Positions 7,835 to 17,013 of a stretch of DNA of 44,644 nucleotides are shown one piece after another. The notes below the pieces were generated by a model that saw only the letters and a program-made list of their open reading frames with translations, did no database searches and was not told the DNA's origin. The DNA is from an uncultured Clostridia bacterium (GTDB lineage: Bacteria; Bacillota; Clostridia; TANB77; CAG-508): positions 1 through 44,644 of the forward strand of contig CALXPV010000003.1 in assembly GCA_944390295.1 (NCBI GenBank). Direction: 5' to 3'. Made by a program: the position numbers and the translations under genes. Position 1 is the first letter of the stretch. Every line of letters starts with the position of its first letter.

Positions 7835-7859
7835 TTGAGGTTCCAATTTGGAACCTCAA
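7835..7859. repeat. Palindrome / hairpin TTGAGGTTCCAA-T-TTGGAACCTCAA between convergent dinD and asnB
   Basis: Perfect 12-bp inverted repeat; only weak U-tracts on either side, may also act as a terminator. Confidence 0.8.
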
Positions 7860-7877
7860 GTTTAAAAATTAGATAAA

Positions 7878-9725
7878 TTATATCTCAATCTTAGGCTCAT
7901 ACTTCTCAAGCCACATATTAACCTGACACAAATAAGCCATAAGTTGAGGACCAGTCATTAATTGACCAAACCAAGGTCTAGTAAATGCAGAACCATTAGT
8001 TTCTAAAATTTCTAGAATATACTCTCTATTTAACAAATTATTAATTGGTGCATTTTTATTATTCATAATAACACTAAGCATATCTTTTACTGTTTTTAAG
8101 TAAGTTGGATTATGAGTTTTAGGGTAAGGTGATTTTTTTCTATTTACAATTTCATCAGGTAAAACATCTTTCATAATGTATCTTAGTAAACCTTTTTCAC
8201 GACCTTTATATGCTTTCATTTCCCAAGGAATATTCCAAACATATTCAGCTAATCTATAATCACAGAAAGGAACACGAAGTTCAAATCCGTTATACATACT
8301 CATTCTGTCAGATCTATCTAACAATGTTTGCATAAACCAATTTAATGTTAAATGTGATATTTTTCTTTTTTCAGCAGTTTCTTTTGAATCAATATCTAAA
8401 ATTTCTACATCTGCCAAACTTTCATTATATCTAAAATCAATATAATCTTTTAAATCAATTTTTGAAGATATACTAGGATTTAAAAGGTGCTGTCTTTCTG
8501 AAATTGCAATAGACCAAGGGAAGGTATTGCTATTTAATGCATCATCTCTAAAGAACCAAGGATATCCAGCAAAAATTTCATCAGAACATTCACCACTTAA
8601 ACATACAGTAGCATATGGCTTTACATTTTTACAAAGTAAAAGTAAAGATGAATCAACATCAGCCATACCAGGAGTATCTCGTGCAATCATAGCATCTTCT
8701 AAATATTTTGCTAAATCAGGGGTATCTAAAACTATATTAGTGTGATTTGTTTTAAATTTTTCTACCATTAAATTTATATAATAATTATCAGAGTTTGGTT
8801 GAAAATCACTTTTTACAAAGTTTTTGTCATTATCTACATAGTCAACAGAAAATGTACTAAGTGGTGGTAAATTATTCTTTTTGCAGTATTGGCTAGCATA
8901 TGCCGTAATTATACTAGAATCTAAACCTCCAGATAAAAATACACAAAGTGGTACATCAGAAACTAATTGCTTTTTTATACTATCTTCTAATAAAAATTTA
9001 ATATTATCACATGTTTCAAAAAAAGAATGAGTATGTGGAGCACTTTTTAATTTCCAATATCTATGTGTATGCAAACCATATTTATTAAATATTGCAAAAT
9101 GTGCAGGAGAAAGTTCAAAAATGTTTTTAAATACTGTAGTTCCAGCTGTATGAGCTGGGCCAATTCCAAAAAGTTCACAAAGACCATTTTTGTCAATAAC
9201 TTTTTCTACATCTGGAAATTCAAACAATGCTTTTATTTCAGAAGCAAAAACAAAATTATCATTAAGTAAAGTATAAAATAATGGTTTTATTCCAAAATGA
9301 TCTCTAGCTAAAAATAATTCTTCTTTTTCTTTATTCCAAATAGCAAAAGCAAAAATACCATTAAGATGTTTTACAACATCATATCCATAAAATATAAATG
9401 CTTTTAGCAAAACTTCTGTATCTGAAGTTGTATTAAAAGTAAAGCCATTTTCAATAAGTAAATTTCTAAGTTCAATGCAATTATATATTTGACCATTATA
9501 AACAATAGAATATTCATTTTCATTATATTTTGTAATCATAGGTTGCTTACCACCGATAGGGTCAATTACAATTAATCTTTTGTGTGCCATAAATATTTCA
9601 TCACTAGAATAAATACCTTCTTCATCAGGACCTCTATTCGTTAATGTATCTTTCATATTATTTAAAATATAAGTAGGATTATTTATATTTTTCTTGTAAT
9701 TTGTAAATCCAACAATTCCACACAT
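7878..9725 (-). CDS. asnB: Asparagine synthase (glutamine-hydrolysing), AsnO-like
   Basis: MCGIVG N-terminal Cys, RGPD, YNGQIYN, SDTEV, LSGGLDSS, SGECSDEIFAGY, ELRVPF; AGGAGG RBS. Confidence 0.96.
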   Translation of the reverse strand: MCGIVGFTNYKKNINNPTYILNNMKDTLTNRGPDEEGIYSSDEIFMAHKRLIVIDPIGGKQPMITKYNENEYSIVYNGQIYNCIELRNLLIENGFTFNTTSDTEVLLKAFIFYGYDVVKHLNGIFAFAIWNKEKEELFLARDHFGIKPLFYTLLNDNFVFASEIKALFEFPDVEKVIDKNGLCELFGIGPAHTAGTTVFKNIFELSPAHFAIFNKYGLHTHRYWKLKSAPHTHSFFETCDNIKFLLEDSIKKQLVSDVPLCVFLSGGLDSSIITAYASQYCKKNNLPPLSTFSVDYVDNDKNFVKSDFQPNSDNYYINLMVEKFKTNHTNIVLDTPDLAKYLEDAMIARDTPGMADVDSSLLLLCKNVKPYATVCLSGECSDEIFAGYPWFFRDDALNSNTFPWSIAISERQHLLNPSISSKIDLKDYIDFRYNESLADVEILDIDSKETAEKRKISHLTLNWFMQTLLDRSDRMSMYNGFELRVPFCDYRLAEYVWNIPWEMKAYKGREKGLLRYIMKDVLPDEIVNRKKSPYPKTHNPTYLKTVKDMLSVIMNNKNAPINNLLNREYILEILETNGSAFTRPWFGQLMTGPQLMAYLCQVNMWLEKYEPKIEI

Positions 9726-9865
9726 AAAAACCTCCTAAACCAATTAACATAACATAAAAAATAATAGTTTTTTCTAATTAAATATATGAAAATAAAAATA
9801 AAAAAGTGATTAGAAAATAAAGGAAAAATAAAAGTAAAAAAAATCGAAAATTTGTAAAAAAGTTA

Positions 9866-9894
9866 TTTACTTTTGTCGAAAAGTTATATACAAT
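9866..9894 (+). promoter_or_regulatory. Sigma-A promoter of the GT4 gene containing a consensus Spo0A box
   Basis: TTTACT(9866-9871)-17 nt-TACAAT(9889-9894); TGTCGAA at 9874-9880. Confidence 0.55.
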
Positions 9895-9951
9895 AATATC
9901 AATATTGTTAAAAATACTAAAGAAAATGTGTAGAGAAAGGGGCTTAAACGA

Positions 9952-11244
9952 ATGAAAGTTTTAATGCTAACATGGGAATATCCACCTAGAGTAGTAGGGG
10001 GTATAGCAAGAGTAGTACACGATTTATCTCATAGGTTAATAAAAGATGGCCATGAGGTATCAGTTGTAACTTATAAAGAAGGAAATGTTAAAGATTTTGA
10101 AGATGATAAAGGGGTAAAAGTATATAGAGTAAATAATTATATGATTAATCCAAATAATTTTATAGATTGGATTATGCAATTAAACTTTAACCTTATATCA
10201 AAAGCAACAGAAATAATAAATAAAGAAGGTCCCTTTGATGTAATACACGCCCATGATTGGTTAGTTGCATATGCAGCAAAAACCTTAAAAGATTCTTTTA
10301 AAATACCAGTTGTATCAACAATTCATGCAACGGAATCTGGAAGAAATTCAGGAATACATGATGAAGTACAAAGATATATAAATGATACAGAATGGATGTT
10401 AACATACGAATCTACAGAAGTAATAGTAAATAGTAATTATATGAAAAGCGAATTACAAAGATTATTTGGATTACCATTTGAAAAAATAAATGTGGTTCCA
10501 AATGGTGTTAATTTAAATTTATATAATGGAGTTGAAAGAGACTATAACTTTAGAAGACAATATGCTGCAGATAACGAAAAAATTATTTTATATGTTGGTA
10601 GACTTGTTTATGAAAAAGGAATACAAAATTTAATAGCAGCTATGCCAAAAGTATTAAATTGTTATCATGATTCAAAATTAATAATTGCCGGAAAAGGCGG
10701 AATGATAGATGAATTAAGAGATGAAGTTAGAAGACTTAACATCGAAAATAAAGTTTACTTTACAGGATACTTAAACTTAACACAAGTAACAAAAATGTAT
10801 AAATGTGCAGATGTAGCAGTATTCCCAAGTACATATGAGCCATTTGGTGTTGTAGCATTAGAAGGAATGCTTTCTGGAACACCAGTTGTTGTATCAGATG
10901 TAGGAGGATTAAATGAAATAGTACAACACAGAGAAAATGGAATGAAGAGCTATGCAGGAAATCCAAATTCAATAGCAGATTCTATACTAGAATTATTATT
11001 TAATCCAGGATTATGTGCAGAAGTATCAAAAGCTGCAAAAGCAAAAGTAAAAGCACAATATAATTGGAATAAAATAGCACAAGATACACACTTTATATAT
11101 CAAAAAGCAATTTGTCAAACTATGGCAGAAAAACAAAGAAGAGAAATCGAACAAGAAAAAGCAAAGAAAACAAAGAAAGCAAAAAATACGGAAGGCGAAA
11201 TAACAAACTTATTAAGTTTCAAAAAGAGACATGCATATGCTTAA
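9952..11244 (+). CDS. Glycosyltransferase family 4 (GT-B)
   Basis: WEYPP..VGG, HAHDW, TIHATE, VPNG, YVGRL..EKG, PSTYEPFGVVALEGM. Confidence 0.93.
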   Translation: MKVLMLTWEYPPRVVGGIARVVHDLSHRLIKDGHEVSVVTYKEGNVKDFEDDKGVKVYRVNNYMINPNNFIDWIMQLNFNLISKATEIINKEGPFDVIHAHDWLVAYAAKTLKDSFKIPVVSTIHATESGRNSGIHDEVQRYINDTEWMLTYESTEVIVNSNYMKSELQRLFGLPFEKINVVPNGVNLNLYNGVERDYNFRRQYAADNEKIILYVGRLVYEKGIQNLIAAMPKVLNCYHDSKLIIAGKGGMIDELRDEVRRLNIENKVYFTGYLNLTQVTKMYKCADVAVFPSTYEPFGVVALEGMLSGTPVVVSDVGGLNEIVQHRENGMKSYAGNPNSIADSILELLFNPGLCAEVSKAAKAKVKAQYNWNKIAQDTHFIYQKAICQTMAEKQRREIEQEKAKKTKKAKNTEGEITNLLSFKKRHAYA

Positions 11245-11256
11245 GGAGGCTAAAAC

Positions 11257-11592
11257 ATGAATATATATGATACAGCAAATAAATTAGCTGCAGAAATAAA
11301 ACAAACAGACGAATTTAACAATTATAAAAAATCAAAAGAAGAATTACAAAGAAATGCAGATGTAAAAGCAAAAATAGATGAATTTGATAAACTTAGAGTA
11401 GAGATGCAAAAAGCTATGATAAAAGGTGAGCAAAATTCTAACGAGTTAAGTGTTAAATTACAAAATATGTATGCAGAATTATATCAAAATGAAATAGCTA
11501 AAAATTATTTGGAATCAGAAATGAGATTTAGTGTTATGGTTACAGATATAAACAAAATTATAAGTGAAGCTATAAAAGATGTTATAAACTAA
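11257..11592 (+). CDS. YlbF/YheA/YmcA-family regulator
   Basis: NIYDTANKLA.EIK...EF N-terminus; helical 111 aa; C-term YL.SE.RF...DINKII. Confidence 0.85.
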   Translation: MNIYDTANKLAAEIKQTDEFNNYKKSKEELQRNADVKAKIDEFDKLRVEMQKAMIKGEQNSNELSVKLQNMYAELYQNEIAKNYLESEMRFSVMVTDINKIISEAIKDVIN

Positions 11593-11604
11593 TAGTAAGG
11601 AGGA

Positions 11605-11640
11605 AGGGATATATTTTTAATATATCCCTATTTTGTTTTT
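11605..11640 (+). terminator. Terminator-like hairpin after the YlbF gene
   Basis: AGGGATATATT-TTT-AATATATCCCT followed by ATTTTGTTTTT. Confidence 0.65.
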
Positions 11641-12330
11641 ATGGAAGAATTAATTTTATTAATATTAATAATAATTACAATATGTATATTAAAAATATTA
11701 TTTAAAGCAAAAGTTAAAGAAATAAAAGAAATTGCAGAAGATGAAAAAGTGGATAAGGTTGTAAAAAAATTACCTAACAATAAAGAAGTCTGCAGAAAAA
11801 TATTAGAAAAATTAAATAATAAAAATGTTCAAATAGAAGAGGAAGAAAATACAGATTGTTTTTATTTTATAGCAACCAATAAAATTATTTTAAATAAATC
11901 TAATGACCATTTTGTAAGAATACAAACGATAGCTCATGAATGTATTCATTCTATACAAAATAAAAAACTATTATGGTTTAATTATATTTTTTCTAATTTG
12001 ATTAATTTATTTTTTCTTGTTTTAATAATTTTACAAGTAATAGGATTTATAACAAATACAGTCTTATGGGTAGCAATTTTTTTAATAGTAGTTATAATTC
12101 AATATTCTGTAAGAAGCTTTCTTGAAATAGAAGCTATGACAAAAGCAAAATATTTAGCTTGTGATTATCTACAAGAAAATAATATAAAAGAAGTTAAAGA
12201 AATAGAAAATAAATATGAAAGATTAAATGAGCTAGGAATAAAATATACTTGTTTTAAATTATTAACTTCAAAATTTTTTATGATATCTATTTATATTGTA
12301 ATTTCAATAATTTTAAATTTAATGCATTAA
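11641..12330 (+). CDS. Putative membrane zinc metallopeptidase (YugP-like)
   Basis: AHECIHSIQ (HExxH), downstream TM helices, EIEA third-ligand-like Glu. Confidence 0.7.
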   Translation: MEELILLILIIITICILKILFKAKVKEIKEIAEDEKVDKVVKKLPNNKEVCRKILEKLNNKNVQIEEEENTDCFYFIATNKIILNKSNDHFVRIQTIAHECIHSIQNKKLLWFNYIFSNLINLFFLVLIILQVIGFITNTVLWVAIFLIVVIIQYSVRSFLEIEAMTKAKYLACDYLQENNIKEVKEIENKYERLNELGIKYTCFKLLTSKFFMISIYIVISIILNLMH

Positions 12331-12429
12331 ATTCTCATTAACATAAAAAATATTAATAAAAAGCCTTTAAAAAAAGTCCGAAATGTTATACAATATTGTA
12401 CAAATTGTAACTATATAAGGAGAAAGTGA

Positions 12430-14118
12430 ATGATAAAAAAATGGGAAATTTATGATTCTAACGAACAAAAAGTAAAAGAAATATGTGAGAAGTATAATTT
12501 AAATAAAATAATAGGAAAAATAATTGTAAATAGAAATGTAACTAGTGATGAAGATGTTAGAATTTTTATAACACCAACAAGAGATGATTTTCACGATCCA
12601 TTTTTATTTAAAGGAATGGATATAGCAGTAGATAGAATTTTACAAGCAATAAACAATAAAGAAAAGATTCTTATATATGGTGACTATGATGTTGATGGTA
12701 TTACAAGTACAACAGTTTTAAAAAAATATCTTCAAGAAAGAGGTGGAATAGTAAACACATATATTCCAAATAGATTAAATGAAGGTTATGGATTAAATAA
12801 AGAAGCTATTAAAAAAATAAAAGAAATGGGAACAGATTTAATTATAACTGTAGATTGTGGAATCTCAGGAATAGAAGAAGTAAAATATGCAAAAGAATTA
12901 GGAATAGAAGTTATAGTAACAGACCATCACGAAGTAGGAGAAGTTTTACCAGATGCTTTAGCAGTAATTGATGCAAAAAGAAAAGATAATACATATCCAT
13001 TTAATTTACTTGCAGGAGTAGGAGTTGTATTTAAGGTAATTCAAGCTATATCAATAAAATTAAATTTAAAAGCAGAAGAATATTTAAAATATCTTGATTT
13101 AGTATGTGTCGGAACAATTTCAGATATTGTGCCACTAGAAGGAGAAAACAGAACTATAGCAAAACTTGGACTTATGCTAATAAGAGTAACAAAGAACTTA
13201 GGTTTAAGAGAATTAATTAAAAGTTCTGGATATAAAGAAATTGATTCTAATACTATTTCTTTTGGAGTAGCACCTCGTATTAATGCATGTGGTAGAATGG
13301 GACACGAAGAAGAGGCATTAAAGTTATTTCTAGCAGAAACAAAAGAAGAAGCAGTAGAAGTAACTAAAAAGTTAAATGAATATAATACATTAAGACAAAA
13401 TACAGAAAAAGCTATATACGAAGATGCTGTTAGAAAAATTGAAAAAGAAAATATAGAAAATAAAAATTCTATAGTAGTTGGAGGATATAATTGGCATCAT
13501 GGAGTTATAGGAATTGTTTCTTCAAAAGTGACAGAAAAATATTATAAACCAAGTATATTATTATGTTTTGAAGATGGAATAGCAAAAGGTTCAGGAAGAA
13601 GTATACAAGGATTTGATTTATATGAGGGACTTACAAAATGTAGTGAGTTTTTAGACAAATTTGGTGGACACGCAATGGCAGTAGGTCTTACATTAATTAA
13701 AGAAAATTTTGAAAATTTCAAAGATAAATTCGAAAAAATAGCAGAAGAAGCAAACATAAAAGAAATGGTACCAACTATATACATAGATGAAGAAATAAAG
13801 TTAAAAGATATAAGTATGGATCTAGTAAAAAGTTTATCTGTATTGGAACCTTTTGGAGAAGCAAATAAAGTACCATTATTCTTAATAAAAAACTTAAAAA
13901 TAGATTCAATAAGAGCTTTGTCAGAAGGAAGACATTTAAAATTGAGTTTGAGAGATGAAAGTGTTGTTATAAATGCAATTGGATTTGATATAGGAAATCT
14001 AGCAGAAGAATACAAGATTGGAGATAAAATAGATGTTGTAGGAACATTAGAAATTAATAGCTTTAATGGATTTAGTTCTATTCAAATAAACATAAAGGAT
14101 ATAAGAAAAAGCTATTAA
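12430..14118 (+). CDS. recJ: Single-stranded-DNA-specific exonuclease RecJ
   Basis: YGDYDVDG, TVDCG, TDHH, GTISD, PRINACGR, GSGRS, GGH. Confidence 0.97.
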   Translation: MIKKWEIYDSNEQKVKEICEKYNLNKIIGKIIVNRNVTSDEDVRIFITPTRDDFHDPFLFKGMDIAVDRILQAINNKEKILIYGDYDVDGITSTTVLKKYLQERGGIVNTYIPNRLNEGYGLNKEAIKKIKEMGTDLIITVDCGISGIEEVKYAKELGIEVIVTDHHEVGEVLPDALAVIDAKRKDNTYPFNLLAGVGVVFKVIQAISIKLNLKAEEYLKYLDLVCVGTISDIVPLEGENRTIAKLGLMLIRVTKNLGLRELIKSSGYKEIDSNTISFGVAPRINACGRMGHEEEALKLFLAETKEEAVEVTKKLNEYNTLRQNTEKAIYEDAVRKIEKENIENKNSIVVGGYNWHHGVIGIVSSKVTEKYYKPSILLCFEDGIAKGSGRSIQGFDLYEGLTKCSEFLDKFGGHAMAVGLTLIKENFENFKDKFEKIAEEANIKEMVPTIYIDEEIKLKDISMDLVKSLSVLEPFGEANKVPLFLIKNLKIDSIRALSEGRHLKLSLRDESVVINAIGFDIGNLAEEYKIGDKIDVVGTLEINSFNGFSSIQINIKDIRKSY

Positions 14119-14132
14119 AAGGGGGGACATAT

Positions 14133-16331
14133 ATGTCAGAAGTAAAAAATAAAACGATTGAAGATATAATTAGTTTAGTTAAACAAAAAAAGAGATGGCC
14201 AGATACAAAGATTATTTTAAAAGCGTATAACTATGCTAAAGAAAAACATGGGACTCAATGTAGAAAATCTGGAGAGCCATATATAATACATCCGCTTCAA
14301 GTAGCTTATATTTTAGCAGATATAGGATTAGATGAAGCAACAATTTGTGCAGCCTTATTACATGATGTAGTAGAAGATACAGAAGTAACTCATGATGACC
14401 TAGTAAGGGATTTTGGAGAAGAGATTGCAAATATGGTTGCAGGTGTTACTAAACTTGGCGAATTAAAATATCAAGCAAGTACAGAAGAAAGACAAGTAGA
14501 AAATTACAGAAAAATGTTTCTTGCTATGGGTAAAGATATTAGAGTAATTATAATAAAGCTTGCAGATAGATTGCATAATTTACGTACATTAAAATATTTA
14601 AGAAGAGATAGACAAATTGCAAATGCTAAAGAAACAATGGAATTATATGCACCTCTTGCAAACCGTTTAGGTATATATTCTTTAAAATGGGAACTAGAGG
14701 ATTTGGCATTTAAATATTTATACCCAGAAGAATATAGAGAATTAGTAGAAGGCATAAATAAAAAGAGAGAAGAAAGATTAAAATTTATAGAAAAAATAAT
14801 GGATGACATTAGGGGCTCACTAAAGAAACAAAGAATAGAAGCAGAAGTTACAGGTAGAGCAAAACATTTATATTCAATTTATAGAAAAATGAAAAGAGAT
14901 AATAAAACATTAGATCAAATATATGATTTATTTGCTTTACGTATATTAGTAAATTCTGTAAAAGATTGTTATGCAGCTTTAGGTGTAGTTCACGAAATGT
15001 ATAGTCCAATGCCTGGAAGATTTAAAGATTATATAGCAGTTCCAAAACCTAATATGTATCAATCTATACATACTACATTATTAGGAGAAAAAGGAACACC
15101 ATTTGAAGTTCAAATACGTACTTGGGAAATGCACAGAATTGCAGAATATGGTATTGCTGCACACTGGGCATATAAAGAAGCAAATTATGGAAAAAAAGGA
15201 AAACAAGTAGTATCTGTTACAACAGACAAATTAGCATGGCTTAGAGAAACACTAGAATGGCAACAAGATATGAAAGATCCACAAGAATTTTTAAATACAT
15301 TAAAAACAGAATTATTTGAAGATGAAGTTTATGTATTTACACCAAAAGGAAAAATTCTTGTACTTCCAAGAGATGCAACTCCAATAGATTTCGCTTATTC
15401 GATTCACGAAGAGATTGGAAACCATATGGTTGGATGTAAAATAAATAGTAAAATGATGCCAATTATTACTAAACTACAAAGTGGTGATATTATAGAGATA
15501 ATGACATCAGATTCTCAAAAAGGACCAAGTAGAGATTGGCTTAAATTTATAAAAACAACTAAAGCTAAAAGCAAAATTCAATCATGGTTTAAAAAAGCTC
15601 AAAGATCTGAAAATATAGAAAAAGGGAAAGATTTAATAGAAAAAGAAATAAAAAGAATTGGAATGAGCTATGATGAATTGTTTAAACAAGAATATTTAAA
15701 TGCAGCATTAGATAGATATAAATTTAAAAATGCAGAAGATATGTATGCTAGTGTTGGTTTTGGTGCGATTTCACAAGTAAAAATAATTTCTAGAATGTTA
15801 GAAGAGTACAGAAAAAATCATAATGAAGAAAATATAGAACAAAAAATAGAAGAACTAACAAGTAAAAGGAAACACTCAAAACCTTCACCAACAGGTGTTG
15901 TTGTAAAAGGAATAGATAATTGTTTAGTAAAACTTTCAAAGTGTTGTAATCCAGTACCTGGAGATAATATTATAGGTTATATTACAAAAGGAAGAGGAGT
16001 TTCTGTACATAGAACTGATTGTGTAAATGTAAAAGATTTATTAAAAGAAGAAGATAAAATTATAGATGTTTATTGGTATACAGAAGAACAAGCTTCTTAC
16101 AATGTAGATATAAGCATCTATGCTAATGACAGAGATGGTTTACTTGCAGATGTAATACAAGTTCTTAATAAGTTAAAAACAAAATTAATGGCACTAAATT
16201 CAAAAACAACTAGAGAACATATTGCAACTATAGATGTTACACTTGAAGTAGTAAATATAGAAGAATTAAATAAAATTTTAAAAGAGTTAAGAAAAATTGA
16301 TAGTGTTTATGAAGTAACAAGAAAAAAATAA
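14133..16331 (+). CDS. relA: Bifunctional (p)ppGpp synthetase/hydrolase Rel
   Basis: RKSGEPY, LLHDVVED (HD), KLADRLHN, GRAKHLYSIYRKM, YQSIHT, EVQIRT, TGS (FTPKG, TPIDFAY), CC..P/HR..C, ACT. Confidence 0.97.
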   Translation: MSEVKNKTIEDIISLVKQKKRWPDTKIILKAYNYAKEKHGTQCRKSGEPYIIHPLQVAYILADIGLDEATICAALLHDVVEDTEVTHDDLVRDFGEEIANMVAGVTKLGELKYQASTEERQVENYRKMFLAMGKDIRVIIIKLADRLHNLRTLKYLRRDRQIANAKETMELYAPLANRLGIYSLKWELEDLAFKYLYPEEYRELVEGINKKREERLKFIEKIMDDIRGSLKKQRIEAEVTGRAKHLYSIYRKMKRDNKTLDQIYDLFALRILVNSVKDCYAALGVVHEMYSPMPGRFKDYIAVPKPNMYQSIHTTLLGEKGTPFEVQIRTWEMHRIAEYGIAAHWAYKEANYGKKGKQVVSVTTDKLAWLRETLEWQQDMKDPQEFLNTLKTELFEDEVYVFTPKGKILVLPRDATPIDFAYSIHEEIGNHMVGCKINSKMMPIITKLQSGDIIEIMTSDSQKGPSRDWLKFIKTTKAKSKIQSWFKKAQRSENIEKGKDLIEKEIKRIGMSYDELFKQEYLNAALDRYKFKNAEDMYASVGFGAISQVKIISRMLEEYRKNHNEENIEQKIEELTSKRKHSKPSPTGVVVKGIDNCLVKLSKCCNPVPGDNIIGYITKGRGVSVHRTDCVNVKDLLKEEDKIIDVYWYTEEQASYNVDISIYANDRDGLLADVIQVLNKLKTKLMALNSKTTREHIATIDVTLEVVNIEELNKILKELRKIDSVYEVTRKK

Positions 16332-16352
16332 TGACGATAGAGGTTTTTTACA

Positions 16353-17000
16353 ATGATTTTAAAAAAAATAAAAATTCCTATAAGATTTGTAGGAGAGACA
16401 AACTGTTATATTATAACAGATGAAAAACAAAAGGAAAGTATAGTAATAGATCCAGCAGGCAATGTGGATAAAATAATAGAAAATTTAGAAAATCTAGATT
16501 CAAAATTAAAATATATATATTTAACCCATTGTCATGCAGATCATATAATGGGAGTAAATGAATTAAGACAAAAAAAAGGTGGAAAAGTTTTAATACATAG
16601 AAATGGAAGAGAAAATTTAAAAGACAGAGTTCCGATTCTTGCAGACTACATAGGTTTGCCAGAAATATATGTACAAGAAGATTCTATTGTAGATGAAGGA
16701 GATACTTTACATATAGGAGACTTAAAATTTGAAGTTATATTTACCCCAGGCCATACTAATGATGGAACATCATTATATTGTAGGGAAAAAGAAATGCTAT
16801 TTTCTGGAGATACTTTGTTTAAAGGTGCTTGGGGAAGAGTTGACTTACCTACTAGTAATTTTGACGACATAATGAATTCAATTATAAAAAAATTACTGAT
16901 TTTACCAGATGAAACAATTGTATATCCAGGACATGGAAAACCAACTAGAATAAAAGATGAGAAACCAATATATTTGGAAGCAAAACCAAATATAGATTAA
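16353..17000 (+). CDS. MBL-fold metallo-hydrolase (glyoxalase II-like)
   Basis: THCHADH, TPGHT, FSGDTLF, GRVDLP, YPGHG. Confidence 0.92.
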   Translation: MILKKIKIPIRFVGETNCYIITDEKQKESIVIDPAGNVDKIIENLENLDSKLKYIYLTHCHADHIMGVNELRQKKGGKVLIHRNGRENLKDRVPILADYIGLPEIYVQEDSIVDEGDTLHIGDLKFEVIFTPGHTNDGTSLYCREKEMLFSGDTLFKGAWGRVDLPTSNFDDIMNSIIKKLLILPDETIVYPGHGKPTRIKDEKPIYLEAKPNID

Positions 17001-17013
17001 AGGAGTGAAATAT

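Larger units (their letters stand above)
6483..7877. mobile_element. Putative non-autonomous mini-island inserted at the asnB 3' end, carrying dinD
   Basis: Bounded by direct repeats of the asnB 3' end; cargo is a Bro-N/DinD gene plus a small ORF; no integrase seen. Confidence 0.55.

Noticed and set aside
17000-17013. T-box leader upstream of hisS
   Set aside because: Only ~13 nt separate the MBL gene stop from the hisS start; there is no room for a leader.
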